Virus record (IMG/VR): IMGVR_UViG_3300037067_009230
Location: 12,156-76,155 of that record
DNA: 64,000 nucleotides
Strand: one strand, 5' to 3'
Source of the DNA: a virus
Lineage: Duplodnaviria > Caudoviricetes
This document shows positions 54,801 through 64,000 of this stretch, one piece after another (the stretch's first letter is position 1; every line of letters starts with the position of its first letter). The notes below the pieces were generated by a model that was not told the origin of the DNA, ran no database searches, and saw nothing but the letters and a program-made list of their open reading frames with translations. Position numbers and translations under genes: made by a program.

Positions 54801-57800
54801 TATCACCTTATAAGTACCTTCACGAATTAATTCCTGAGTTACATCACCAAATTTTTGGGCATATTCTTTAGTATCTGACAACCAACTAAGATTCTTAGCA
54901 TCTATTTTTTTAAGATCAATATCAGGTTCAACTTGTATATCTTTATTACCTAATTTATCTCTCTCATATGTAATCACATCCTCAGCTGTAGCATTCTTTG
55001 GCATCTCAGATGGAATACCCCCACGATAAAACCTCTTTGATGGAGTAAGACTATTTTTAGCTTTTATATCTGAAAGAATCTTATTCTTAGTTTCAGTCCA
55101 AGCTTTCTTTAATTCCTTTTGTTCTGCTATAGGTATCTCTAAAGATTTCATCTTTCTTTCAAGAGGGGTCTTTGCTGGACTTCCTTCAAGATCCACATTC
55201 TCTAACCCCGCATATCCTTCTTCATATAGCCTACGAGATTCGGCCATAGCTTCTTCATATAAACTACGTGGAGTGATGCGTAAATCTTTTATTCTTTCTT
55301 CAAAAGGTATTGTACCAATATCACCTTTTTTAGTACCAGTAGAAACTTCCTTCATGTTCTCAAGATCCGTAACAGATTCTTGATTGTACTTCTTACCAAG
55401 TTCAATAGCTTTATCTTTATTAGTAGTGGCAACAATATCTAATGTATGCTCACTATCAGATTTTTTTCGGGTACTTATTGATAATATATCTTCGTTACCT
55501 TCCAGTATATCCTTATTTTTTTCAATAAAAGTTTTTATTTCTTCCGGAGTTAACCCCTCAGTCTTAGGTCTGAATATTATATCCCCATTTTCAGCTTTTT
55601 GTACATCAAATATCTTTGCAAGTTTCTCATGAATCTTGGGTATTTGAACCTTATTCTGTCGGGTTGAAGCAGGAGAAATAATACCTTTATACCCCTCTGG
55701 AAGATTCTTCATAGCATACTTATACAGGTTAGTGGCATAACCTTTACCCTCATTACCCGTAGCTGTTACAGCCTGTTGAATAGACCAATATTTATCCTCG
55801 TTTACCTTTACAGTTTTAAAGGTAATATGACTTATTTCATTACCCTCGGCATCTTCAATAGAAACCTTATCTTTTCCAGATTTTCTTTGTTGTACATCTG
55901 GTGTAAATCCTTCCGGAAACACGGGCTCTTCCATAGTTTTCTGTTCCTCAGATTTAACCGTCTTACTAATAGTCTCAGAACGTTCCGGAAATAAAGATAC
56001 AGATGCCTTACCCTTTTTACCTGTAAGATTCTCCCCACCCATTGAAAAAGTAGAACTACCAGTTTCCTCATGAGATTTAACCTGATCTTCTGCTTTATAT
56101 TTAGCCGGATTAGTTTCAACATCAACTACATCAACAGGAGGAATGCCCTCTTTACGATATTTATCCCTAATCGCTTCAGCTGCTTTTTGTGCTTCCCATG
56201 TTTTCTCTGTATGTATCTGGATCTCTCTTCCAATACCATCTTCTATCTTTGTTGCTATTATTCCAAGTCTACCTGTATCTTTATTAGCAACTCTTTTATT
56301 TGAAATAGAGTATCCCTCTTTTTTTAACTTCTTAGATACATTTTTAAGATCCTTCATATTACCAACAATGACAGCCCCACCCATAATATCTTTTACATCA
56401 GTAGAAGCCACACCCTCTCTACCCGCTTTCTCACTGGTACTCTCTACGGTCTTTAATCGGGATTCAAATCTACCACCCAATTCGTTAGCAAGTGCTTCCC
56501 CCTCAGCCTGAAACTGGGGAAATATCTGGGCAGCCCTACTCTCAACTATTCTGGCTTGTTTTAAATTCTCTTGTTTAACAGCATCAGGTATTTCAGGTTT
56601 AGTTTCTTCAACAATTTTTATCACTTTATTAACAAGACCCTCACGTTTAGCAGCCAAAGATTTTATCTTTATCTCTTGAAGTACTGGTGCTAAATTACTA
56701 TTTTTCTTTATCATATCTATCTGAGCATCAAGGTCAGATATCTTATCTGTGATAGATTTAGATGCAATGGCCATAGGATCTGTTTCTACTACAACCTGAT
56801 TAATCTTATCTATGATATGATTTTTTATTTCACTTGGTAGAGTACTCTCTTCTACAGATTTAACAACATCCTGTGGATTCTCTTTAATCTCTTCCAATAC
56901 TGATTTTAACATAGCAGTATTATTACTAAGTATGGCTGAAGCCACATCCCCTTCAGGATTCTTAGATGTCTTAGATTCAACTGCCTTTATTTTCTCTTGA
57001 GAATGAGAAATCATTTCATCAGAGCTAATCTCGCTTTCAACAGCTCTCTTTATAGTGTTCATATCGGAAGCAATGAAAGTATTTATACCTTTGGCCCACA
57101 TAGTTTTACCAACCTCTCTTGCACCTAATCCTACACCCGTACCAACACCAGTCCAAAATGTTTTCCAAGAACTTTTACCAGTTTCCAAAAATTCATTTAG
57201 TGTACCATAACCACCAAAGGCCAAAGCATTAGAACTTGTAGTTCCCAAACTACGAATCAACATACTGGTATGAAAATCTGCCTTAGTTTTTATTTCATGC
57301 ACAAACTTAAGAGCTAATTTTGAACCCAATTTAGAGGACATTGCCCCCATCATATCATAAACCTGACCCGTAACATATTGCTCTACTGCTCCTATAAATG
57401 GGGTAGTAAGTTTCTGCATTGTAGTACCCGTCTCTGCGGATTGAGCTCCGGCTATAGCACCCTCAGCTCCCATAACCATACCAAACTTACTTAGTACAGG
57501 CATACCATATTTCGCAAGTATCTGACTCGTTTTAATTTCAGGTGCTACTGCTGCCGTTAATATCTCTGGGCCTAGTGCTCCAATACTCCCAACTATATCT
57601 CCCATTATAGTATTGGGTAATTCCTTAGCATCCTTATATGCCATATCAATAGCCGAAGATATAACTTTAAAAGGTCTAATAGTATTAATTGAAGCATCTC
57701 CACCGAATTGTGGAGTAATATTTACTCCATATTTATTCCGAATATCCTTTATACCATTAGCTGCGTCTTTACCAAGTAAGATAGTATTTATTGCATCCCC

Positions 57801-58109
57801 TAAAGTAGTTTGAACATAATCCAATTGATTAAACATTCCCGCTAAAGCTTGGTCAAATTTTGCTGCACCACCTACTATAAATTCTCCTACTCCTTTTGCA
57901 GTCTCAGTTTTAGTTTTAGTTGGCTGAATAACATCTGCCCACTGAGGGGCATTAGGAAATTGAGAGGTATCTTTTGCAGTAGACAAAGAATCCATCACTC
58001 CAAATAAATCTTTCCATTTTACAGGATTAGGTTTTGGAGTAGCAGATGTTTTTGGTGGTATCTCCTGTTTATTATTTGTATCTTTAAATAAATCTTTCCA
58101 ATCGGTCAT
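51828..58109 (-). CDS. Large polyvalent ejection-type protein with RelA/SpoT-like and GNAT domains
   Basis: RLKTVES..EK..R...DVKDIMG...EIQIHT (RelA/SpoT-like); V.ATGNEGKGYATNLY (GNAT motif A); helical, hydrophobic C-terminus. Confidence 0.7.
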   Translation of the reverse strand: MTDWKDLFKDTNNKQEIPPKTSATPKPNPVKWKDLFGVMDSLSTAKDTSQFPNAPQWADVIQPTKTKTETAKGVGEFIVGGAAKFDQALAGMFNQLDYVQTTLGDAINTILLGKDAANGIKDIRNKYGVNITPQFGGDASINTIRPFKVISSAIDMAYKDAKELPNTIMGDIVGSIGALGPEILTAAVAPEIKTSQILAKYGMPVLSKFGMVMGAEGAIAGAQSAETGTTMQKLTTPFIGAVEQYVTGQVYDMMGAMSSKLGSKLALKFVHEIKTKADFHTSMLIRSLGTTSSNALAFGGYGTLNEFLETGKSSWKTFWTGVGTGVGLGAREVGKTMWAKGINTFIASDMNTIKRAVESEISSDEMISHSQEKIKAVESKTSKNPEGDVASAILSNNTAMLKSVLEEIKENPQDVVKSVEESTLPSEIKNHIIDKINQVVVETDPMAIASKSITDKISDLDAQIDMIKKNSNLAPVLQEIKIKSLAAKREGLVNKVIKIVEETKPEIPDAVKQENLKQARIVESRAAQIFPQFQAEGEALANELGGRFESRLKTVESTSEKAGREGVASTDVKDIMGGAVIVGNMKDLKNVSKKLKKEGYSISNKRVANKDTGRLGIIATKIEDGIGREIQIHTEKTWEAQKAAEAIRDKYRKEGIPPVDVVDVETNPAKYKAEDQVKSHEETGSSTFSMGGENLTGKKGKASVSLFPERSETISKTVKSEEQKTMEEPVFPEGFTPDVQQRKSGKDKVSIEDAEGNEISHITFKTVKVNEDKYWSIQQAVTATGNEGKGYATNLYKYAMKNLPEGYKGIISPASTRQNKVQIPKIHEKLAKIFDVQKAENGDIIFRPKTEGLTPEEIKTFIEKNKDILEGNEDILSISTRKKSDSEHTLDIVATTNKDKAIELGKKYNQESVTDLENMKEVSTGTKKGDIGTIPFEERIKDLRITPRSLYEEAMAESRRLYEEGYAGLENVDLEGSPAKTPLERKMKSLEIPIAEQKELKKAWTETKNKILSDIKAKNSLTPSKRFYRGGIPSEMPKNATAEDVITYERDKLGNKDIQVEPDIDLKKIDAKNLSWLSDTKEYAQKFGDVTQELIREGTYKVIARYPEGGILIERLSAADSPELSIKDKFKDFIKGMPSFSGLGVKLQKRMLNKVNSIDFTKPASLNRAIDYFDKIVNNATWRFNEAKAEQALDILDKQSTEKSLSKKVSGQPDKNIKGIGGLPLWDAILGKNGIRDNMLNKNWAEGQEAINKIYAKIDEEGRQFPTAEEMDQITKYNFWGLLNETSVGGANSYVLQGAARDLMEIRKAGSSKAAAARMVQKAQEAEIAKLQAAAIAGKKVIETDPRNIQNMKNSFLKEFGATVFDWPMSSSLFSHIEFFSQNDTTSKPNEGILHETLGEPMWYANRQLYIDRTNLFNEITKKAEEIYGKKELNKNAKDRTSIIHNIKYKNILGKDKELNLTTNQAIKVYMELQDLSLEKSNEAGYYKRNGELTDLGQKVIDILTPQDKAWADWQLNEFYPRLYEFLNPIYRQMYGRDMPYSDMYSPIFIEGVDSKKINDDDLLSRQSFASNVKNGSLLSRVKHDKPLRLMDADQVLMSYVHNMTYWKNYAEPIRILNSFVSNPDIRNTIKQVFAHGDQHLRILQKDVADLLHKPTDAWMTAKTIRKVRNNILFASLALKIPVGIKQLSSIPAFMEYIPMKEIPKYAIQDLTRWMGDKNNIELAKKLWNDAYLQQRYGQGWDNVITEILAADYHSIANKSDWRHKAMFPISGFDATSIFIGGIPVYRYAYDQAIKAGYNKKLAEAKALHTFSRAVDDTQQSGLHFNLSQVQTANDFFKTMTMYKSAPMQYHRKVSAATRNLFTGRGSWQQNVKTIAIYHVVMPALFQFMANGFKWDTKDELWAGAIGNLNNLFALGDIGMGLLNVAQGESWKKYNVSPILSTYDDAAKVVEHLPKVHMSDKEMIEGVPPEYIDAVRKAAEDYRWNTPELLKTIKYASKIIGAGLGLPIPGATAIGEGIYDVSTGKEEGKPLTYKIQRILGSSDYTLGNAVDDSDLTPEEVEKILNEKAKPSENLNKPIDKPLPNKKDRKIPNF

Positions 58110-59848
58110 TGTCCTGCATTTTTATGAATATAAGCACCACTTAAAACTTTAGTACCCCAACGATAAAAAATATTCGGGTCATCCTTAAAAAAATCTATGG
58201 TTGCATCATCAGGGGGAATAATCACATCTGAAGTTGCATTCCTATTAGGGTCAAAATTTCGTCTGCCCCCAGATGGATAAGTTACTTTATTTAACTGCTC
58301 ATGTGCATAAGATGCGTAAGGTATATTCGCTTCTATCTGACCCTTCATTATTTCATAAGGAGTTAAAACAGTGGTTTCTCCAAATAATTGTACCACATTA
58401 CCGGCATCGTCTACAGCATCGACTGGTTTAATCTCTTGTACAGTGCGTCCCTCTCCTATAGCTATAGGCATTTTATTTATAGTTTTTGTAATATCCGGTG
58501 TATAAGGCTCAGTAGCTTGGAAATGTATCTTACCCTCAATATATCTGCCCCTTTTAACAGCCCCACCTTCATCAATAATATCATACTCAGATGTTGGTAT
58601 CATACTATATGAATTAGGAACGGTAACTCTTCGTATACCCTGTCCCTTGGGGTCTCTAATATAAATAGACATTCCTCCAACGGTAGGAATAGGATTATTT
58701 TTATCTATAGGATAATCTAGTGCATTTTTCGCTATGGTCCCCGTCATAATAGACGGCTTATCCTGAAAAGTTATATCCCCCTTTTCATCCATCCAACCCA
58801 TCTTACGCAAACCCAAATCCCGATCTGCATTATTTTTCTTAACAGTCTGGATAGCTTTTTCTTTATCAAACTTAATACGATTTCTTACTCCACGTTCAAA
58901 AATCGCTAATTGATCCGGTTTATTTTTGAGCCATGAATATGTGGAAGATTCTAATGCTGTTTTAATAATATCATCAGCAGCACCTTCATTAGTTGTTTTA
59001 GTCTTAATGTATACATCTAATTCATCTGTAGACATAGAACCATAGTTCTTAAAATCAGAATCAATAACACTATCTTTATAACCAGCAGTAGCAGCCTCAG
59101 CTAATTTATCTGCACTCATAACAGATTTAAATTTCTGAGCATTTTTAAGAAGAGTATCTGGAGTAAGTGAATCAAGATTACTATGGGAGTATAAAAAATC
59201 ATCTACTGATTTTATAACTTCGGGATCAACATATTTTTCTATATTTCCATCTTTAGGATTTATATCTGCTTCTATCTGTGCTGCCTGAGCAAATACAACT
59301 TTAAACATATCAACATATTCCTTACATGTCCTCATAGTCTTTTGAAAATTCTTATCATGCTTAGTAGCAAGATAAGCTTTCATAGGATCACCTAATCTCT
59401 GAGTATACATGTTAAGGTATTGATCAATAATATCCTGTACCTTATTAGCAAAAGCAGGTTGCTTAAATGGATCAGCTAATTGTAGCTTATCAGCAAATAG
59501 TGGTTTATCAAGATCCTCTTTTAAGTCTTTATAGAATTTGGCTTCAGCTTCATATTTAGCTTTTTCCATTTCATCTAACATACCAAAAGGAAGTAAACCA
59601 CTACCGGTTGCAAAAATAGGAACACTACCCAAAGTTCTGCTGCTAATAGTACCAGCCTGTATACCCTCTGTAGCATTAGGAAAATATTGATTTTGTGTCA
59701 TGGGGCTCCCAACTGCGTGTTGTGCAAGGTTAGATAAATTCTCTAAGTAAGCTTGTTGGGCTTCCTGCATTCCTCCAATATTTCCTATTCCCCCATAGTT
59801 ATTACCTGATTCATCAGATACAATAGAAGGATTATTTTCAATAGCCAT
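58106..59848 (-). CDS. Putative internal virion/ejection protein
   Basis: 580 aa, between the Gly-rich pilot-like gene and the large ejection-type protein. Confidence 0.5.
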   Translation of the reverse strand: MAIENNPSIVSDESGNNYGGIGNIGGMQEAQQAYLENLSNLAQHAVGSPMTQNQYFPNATEGIQAGTISSRTLGSVPIFATGSGLLPFGMLDEMEKAKYEAEAKFYKDLKEDLDKPLFADKLQLADPFKQPAFANKVQDIIDQYLNMYTQRLGDPMKAYLATKHDKNFQKTMRTCKEYVDMFKVVFAQAAQIEADINPKDGNIEKYVDPEVIKSVDDFLYSHSNLDSLTPDTLLKNAQKFKSVMSADKLAEAATAGYKDSVIDSDFKNYGSMSTDELDVYIKTKTTNEGAADDIIKTALESSTYSWLKNKPDQLAIFERGVRNRIKFDKEKAIQTVKKNNADRDLGLRKMGWMDEKGDITFQDKPSIMTGTIAKNALDYPIDKNNPIPTVGGMSIYIRDPKGQGIRRVTVPNSYSMIPTSEYDIIDEGGAVKRGRYIEGKIHFQATEPYTPDITKTINKMPIAIGEGRTVQEIKPVDAVDDAGNVVQLFGETTVLTPYEIMKGQIEANIPYASYAHEQLNKVTYPSGGRRNFDPNRNATSDVIIPPDDATIDFFKDDPNIFYRWGTKVLSGAYIHKNAGQ

Positions 59849-59858
59849 AATCTATAAT

Positions 59859-60605
59859 TTATTCAAAATTCTGAGTACCCCCACTAATAGAAGAATATAC
59901 ATCAGCATCCCCTGTAGTTGGAGTAGAACCACCTAATAAAGAAGATAAACCATTTCCCCCATTCATGCCCGGTAGCATGTTTAATGCTTTGGGTCCAAAC
60001 TTAGCTAACATAGCCATTGCATTAGCATTAAAATCTTTTTTATTAGCTTGAGCATTAGCCATTTTATATGAAGCTTTCATCATTTCTACATCTAACTCAC
60101 GTTGACTTATTTTCTCAATAAGATCAGAAAGCATTTGAGTATACCCCATACCTTTTGTAGCAATAGTACCTAATGCTTTATTAGTAGAAACATCAGTCTG
60201 ATTAGATACTTGATTCATCATCATTAAAGCCAAAGATGGGTTAGTCATAGCTAATTCAGCAGATACACTCATACCCCCCGCCTCAGATTGTGATATCATA
60301 TCACGGGCAACTTGAAAGTCTGTACTAAAACCAGATTCCACAGCCCTCTTTTCTCTACTTAATTGATCCCTAAAAGTTAACATATTTGGGTCAATAGCGG
60401 GAATAGCTTCAATAGATGCCATAGCATCCTCCACAGCTCTTTGTTTCTTATTCCCCCCTATAGCACCAATAGCACCACCAGCTAAAGCACCTACTATTGT
60501 GCCTATCCCCGGAATTGGGATTAGTGAACCTAATTCTGCCCCAATAGTAGCCCCCGTAGCAGCACCACCTAGACCACCTACTATTGTACTTGTATTATCT
60601 GCCAT
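59859..60605 (-). CDS. Gly-zipper DNA pilot/ejection-like protein
   Basis: GGLGGAATGATIGAELG...GALAGGAIGAIGG followed by Ala/Met-rich helices. Confidence 0.55.
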   Translation of the reverse strand: MADNTSTIVGGLGGAATGATIGAELGSLIPIPGIGTIVGALAGGAIGAIGGNKKQRAVEDAMASIEAIPAIDPNMLTFRDQLSREKRAVESGFSTDFQVARDMISQSEAGGMSVSAELAMTNPSLALMMMNQVSNQTDVSTNKALGTIATKGMGYTQMLSDLIEKISQRELDVEMMKASYKMANAQANKKDFNANAMAMLAKFGPKALNMLPGMNGGNGLSSLLGGSTPTTGDADVYSSISGGTQNFE

Positions 60606-60611
60606 ATTAAT

Positions 60612-60911
60612 TTATGATTTAATTGGATGTTCCCTAGTCTCAACTCTTATTGTTCTAGCTAATTGACAATTAGGATAAAAAGCTATCCTTTTATGATTTG
60701 GAATACTGACACCCGTTAAGTTAGATCGAACCCCCTTTGATTTAACAGATGTTATTCTACCAATCCCCCGCAAATAAACATCCTTACCCGATTGTATTCT
60801 ACGGGACAGAATGTCCATAAGTACATCATAAACAAAATCTGCCTGTTCCTTATTAATTCTCGATTCTTTTGCTAATTCTGATACAATCTGTTTCTTTTCT
60901 GATACTTTCAT
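60612..60911 (-). CDS. HU/IHF-like DNA-binding protein
   Basis: VYLRGIGRI...RSNLTG..IP.HKRIAFYP. Confidence 0.85.
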   Translation of the reverse strand: MKVSEKKQIVSELAKESRINKEQADFVYDVLMDILSRRIQSGKDVYLRGIGRITSVKSKGVRSNLTGVSIPNHKRIAFYPNCQLARTIRVETREHPIKS

Positions 60912-60935
60912 TTTTTTATCTAATTTTTATTTTTA

Positions 60936-60943
60936 CAAAGATA
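60936..60943 (-). promoter_or_regulatory. -7 box TATCTTTG
   Basis: TAnnTTTG upstream of the HU gene. Confidence 0.6.
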
Positions 60944-60969
60944 ATAAAAATTATCTAATTTCTTATTAC

Positions 60970-63900
60970 TTAACCTCCTATAATCTCTCTATATCCCGTT
61001 TTTACATATTTTATACCATAAAAATAATTATGATCAGCATAATTAATTTTTACATACAATGTTTTACCTATTGCTTTTTTAAGACCTATCTTAGGTATAC
61101 CCTGAATATAATATAAAACATCATTGTATGTTTGAATTTTTGCAGTTACTACTGTAGAATAAACTAAAAAATCCTTATCTAATGAAAATTGTACATTATA
61201 AGGTTTATGAGTAGCACTGATAAATAAATCAATGAATTCATAAGTAGCCCCGATTTGTGGGGTAACAGAAAAAACTATATAAGGATAATAAGGAGTTTGA
61301 TTAACAGGTGTAGCCACATTAGTCATGAGTGAAATATCTCTATGATAGTTTATAGGGTCATAATTAATCTGGGCTAAAACAGATCTCGTATCACGAGTCT
61401 CTATCCAAGGAACAAATATAGTCTTAACAAGTTCTTTCCCAGCTATGGGACTTCTATGATGCACAGAACCACTCCAGTTATTAATATCAAAATTAAAATA
61501 AAAGGATGAAGATCCTATTCTATAAATAAGGTCATTATTACTCTCATCTATAACACTATGCATCAATGTAGTAAAAATAGTGCCAGCCAAATCTACCTCA
61601 GCAAGTTTACCAGAAATAGTTTTTCTATTATTATCCGTAATAGCCATAAACTGATTATTAGATAATATAATAATATCTTTATATGTTGGGAAAGTTAATA
61701 TCGGTGCTATTATGTTATTGCTGAGTTTTACATTACCCTCAGACTTGCCCCGCCAAAACTCTTTTGGACACCCTATACCGGTATTTAACCATACCTCCCC
61801 TTGAACTAAAGTAGATTCATTAACCATAAGTGCCAAAGAATTACCTCCGGCATCCGTAAGCATTTTCTTATCTGTAAGCACTAATCCGGCACCATAATCA
61901 GTAATTACATATAGATTATTACCCTTCTCTGATAATACATCATATAATATACTGATTTGGGATGCTTTATCGTTACGCAGATCATATACATTAGTCGGAA
62001 TAAATATACGACTAGACGGATATCCTACCAGACTCTCCGCAGACCAATGTAATCTTTTCATAAACTCTAACTGTTCCTGAGAACCTGATGAGGGTTTAGT
62101 AAAAGATCGTGTATGTAAAACCTTTTCATAATCAAAATTATTACCTATAGGTAAATGAAAACCCCCATAACCCCATAGCAAATATTCATCTCCATAATCA
62201 GCAAAATATTCATCAGCCCATATGCTGTGTTTTTCATAATAATCCTGAGTAGTATCAGTAGATAACTTCTCATCATAAAACGATGGACGTATTACATAAT
62301 TCCTATTAGGAAAATAATTCTTATATAAAAATGGAAGATTCATAGAAGATTCACAACCAAAAGAAACTACCCACTGCCTTAAATAATCCATACTGCACGT
62401 ACCCGGCAACTCTGTGGTTGAGGTATAACTAGATCTGATGTAATTAGTTTTAAATGAAAAATCCAGAAAAGGCATAGGAGCTCCGAGATATACACCTGCA
62501 TAAAGAGGCCCTCTTGTAACATTTGCATCAACAGGAGCAAAAATAGCATCATCAACAATAGTATCACCAAGAAAGATATTAATAGGGGAATTGTTATCAT
62601 ATTTAATTACAATTTTATCCCCTAATGCCGGGCATATGGCAACACCGGATGGTATGGTTGTATATGGAAAAGATATAACTTTACTTGGTCCTGCAATTGT
62701 ATCAGCGTAAGTATAGTAGTACAATCCATAACAAGTTAACCCACCAACAGGGGTAAAATACCCATTAGTCTCTAAATCGGTTCTATATGTGTTTATGTCA
62801 CCAGTACTCAAATTATTAACACCCAACCAAGGCAATTCGTTAACCCATAAATATCTATAAGAGGTAGAACTTAAAGTAAGAATATCCTCTTCACGTTCAT
62901 CCACTAAATCAAAAGTTTGACTAGGCTCCCCATTACCTATACCAATAATACTGGATAATTTGATATAATTCCCAATATCTTTATAACTATTAATATTGTT
63001 ATTTGGAATATGCTTACCATTTTGTATGATATTCACAATATACCAAGGCTCATGAAAAGCTCGTGCTCCTGCGTCGTTGCCGGATACCCTGTTCACATGA
63101 TCCATAGCATATATGTTTGTAGTTAATCCTATCTCCAGATAACGAGTTCTACTCTTATCAGCATTATTTTCTGTACTAAGTAAAGTAGGCTCAATGACAG
63201 ATGATATATTAAATGTTAAATTATCATCAACTAAACCATCTCCCTGAATATGTGTTGGATTCACATTTCTAAAACGGCCAAAAGTAGCCCTTCCCTCTCC
63301 TATTCCTATCTGTGCAGAGGTATCAAAATTAGTAGGCTCCATTAAATGAATATCATTCCCACCCATGATAGCATAAGAGACCATATCAATTCTTGTAGAA
63401 AGATATCCCGATGAATAATGAGCCGAATAAACATCAGTAAAAAAGCCCACCGGGGAAACTAATTGAATCTGATAATCAGATGGATTATTTTTTATATCAT
63501 CAAACAAAAAAGATTTATCCCCAATATTAGGATCTATCTCTGGAGAATAAAACCAAATTTTATCCAAATACTTAACTAGGGCTGGGCCAGAACCCGGCTC
63601 CTGTAAATTCAACGCATACATAGCAAGTCCCTGACAAACTATTCTTCCTGCCGCAGGTGTCCTCACAATACTAAATGATTTAACCCAGTTAGGTAGTTTA
63701 GTAGTATCTATACCACCTATGCTTAAACCAACAGTATATTTTATGGTACCATGTCTAGGAGTATTATAAGCTAACCCATCTACTGTATCCATATACTCAG
63801 TACCAAGCCCACTAAAATCAACACCACCACCACCATTACCTGCTATGCCCCCACCACCAACATAACCATCATCTCTCCCGGTTGGAGTAAATGGTCTATA

Positions 63901-63972
63901 CTTATTAGCATCAGACTTATCAAGGATCGTACGTACCCGTACATTCGTATCTTTTTGAATCAATTGGCTCAT
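60970..63972 (-). CDS. Tail stabilisation/tubular-like protein
   Basis: 1000 aa, beta-rich C-terminal part, positioned upstream of HU and the ejection genes as in crAss-like podophages. Confidence 0.55.
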   Translation of the reverse strand: MSQLIQKDTNVRVRTILDKSDANKYRPFTPTGRDDGYVGGGGIAGNGGGGVDFSGLGTEYMDTVDGLAYNTPRHGTIKYTVGLSIGGIDTTKLPNWVKSFSIVRTPAAGRIVCQGLAMYALNLQEPGSGPALVKYLDKIWFYSPEIDPNIGDKSFLFDDIKNNPSDYQIQLVSPVGFFTDVYSAHYSSGYLSTRIDMVSYAIMGGNDIHLMEPTNFDTSAQIGIGEGRATFGRFRNVNPTHIQGDGLVDDNLTFNISSVIEPTLLSTENNADKSRTRYLEIGLTTNIYAMDHVNRVSGNDAGARAFHEPWYIVNIIQNGKHIPNNNINSYKDIGNYIKLSSIIGIGNGEPSQTFDLVDEREEDILTLSSTSYRYLWVNELPWLGVNNLSTGDINTYRTDLETNGYFTPVGGLTCYGLYYYTYADTIAGPSKVISFPYTTIPSGVAICPALGDKIVIKYDNNSPINIFLGDTIVDDAIFAPVDANVTRGPLYAGVYLGAPMPFLDFSFKTNYIRSSYTSTTELPGTCSMDYLRQWVVSFGCESSMNLPFLYKNYFPNRNYVIRPSFYDEKLSTDTTQDYYEKHSIWADEYFADYGDEYLLWGYGGFHLPIGNNFDYEKVLHTRSFTKPSSGSQEQLEFMKRLHWSAESLVGYPSSRIFIPTNVYDLRNDKASQISILYDVLSEKGNNLYVITDYGAGLVLTDKKMLTDAGGNSLALMVNESTLVQGEVWLNTGIGCPKEFWRGKSEGNVKLSNNIIAPILTFPTYKDIIILSNNQFMAITDNNRKTISGKLAEVDLAGTIFTTLMHSVIDESNNDLIYRIGSSSFYFNFDINNWSGSVHHRSPIAGKELVKTIFVPWIETRDTRSVLAQINYDPINYHRDISLMTNVATPVNQTPYYPYIVFSVTPQIGATYEFIDLFISATHKPYNVQFSLDKDFLVYSTVVTAKIQTYNDVLYYIQGIPKIGLKKAIGKTLYVKINYADHNYFYGIKYVKTGYREIIGG

Positions 63973-64000
63973 GATAGGCTCTTATACCTTATCAGTAATA

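Noticed and set aside
79-62600. Many short ORF-track entries antisense to or nested in long genes (e.g. 79..288, 1841..2134, 4741..4968, 26212..26565, 33103..33336, 54310..54597, 56143..56511, 62379..62600)
   Set aside because: Shadow frames of well-supported genes, with no motifs or independent expression signals.
1-64000. Stop-codon reassignment as in some crAss-like phages
   Set aside because: Long conserved genes are intact under code 11, and TAG and TGA are used as genuine stops.

Overview
This is a 64-kb segment of a large AT-rich dsDNA tailed phage of a Bacteroidota host. The host is inferred from about ten TAnnTTTG promoters, several with the upstream TTTG box. From left to right the window holds: (i) a minus-strand packaging module (TerL, portal, pre-capsid gene; the major capsid gene is probably just beyond the left edge); (ii) a plus-strand accessory region with a tRNA-Met(CAT), a metacaspase with rearranged catalytic segments, HicB, a thyX remnant and an outer-membrane-barrel-like protein; (iii) about 1.5 kb of largely non-coding DNA carrying a XerCD dif-like site; (iv) early genes punctuated by armless tRNA-like hairpins; (v) a minus-strand replication/recombination module (helicases, RNase H, amidase, resolvase, SbcCD, SSB, PolA, primase); (vi) fibre genes, a 2093-aa polyvalent ejection-type protein, HU and a tail protein. 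The main finding is an integron-like cassette system. Eleven small gene cassettes sit in three arrays (12.6-13.3, 17.2-17.6 and 27.9-31.3 kb). Each cassette is bounded by its own ~15-bp GTT...AAC inverted repeat and separated from the next by an attC-like hairpin, mostly ~126 bp, with position-conserved G.T wobbles. Each array ends in the same 56-bp attI-like element. The genes point toward that element, the reverse of classical integrons, and often start inside the hairpin loop. No recombinase is visible in the window. Protein calls come from motif recognition by eye; no database searches were run.
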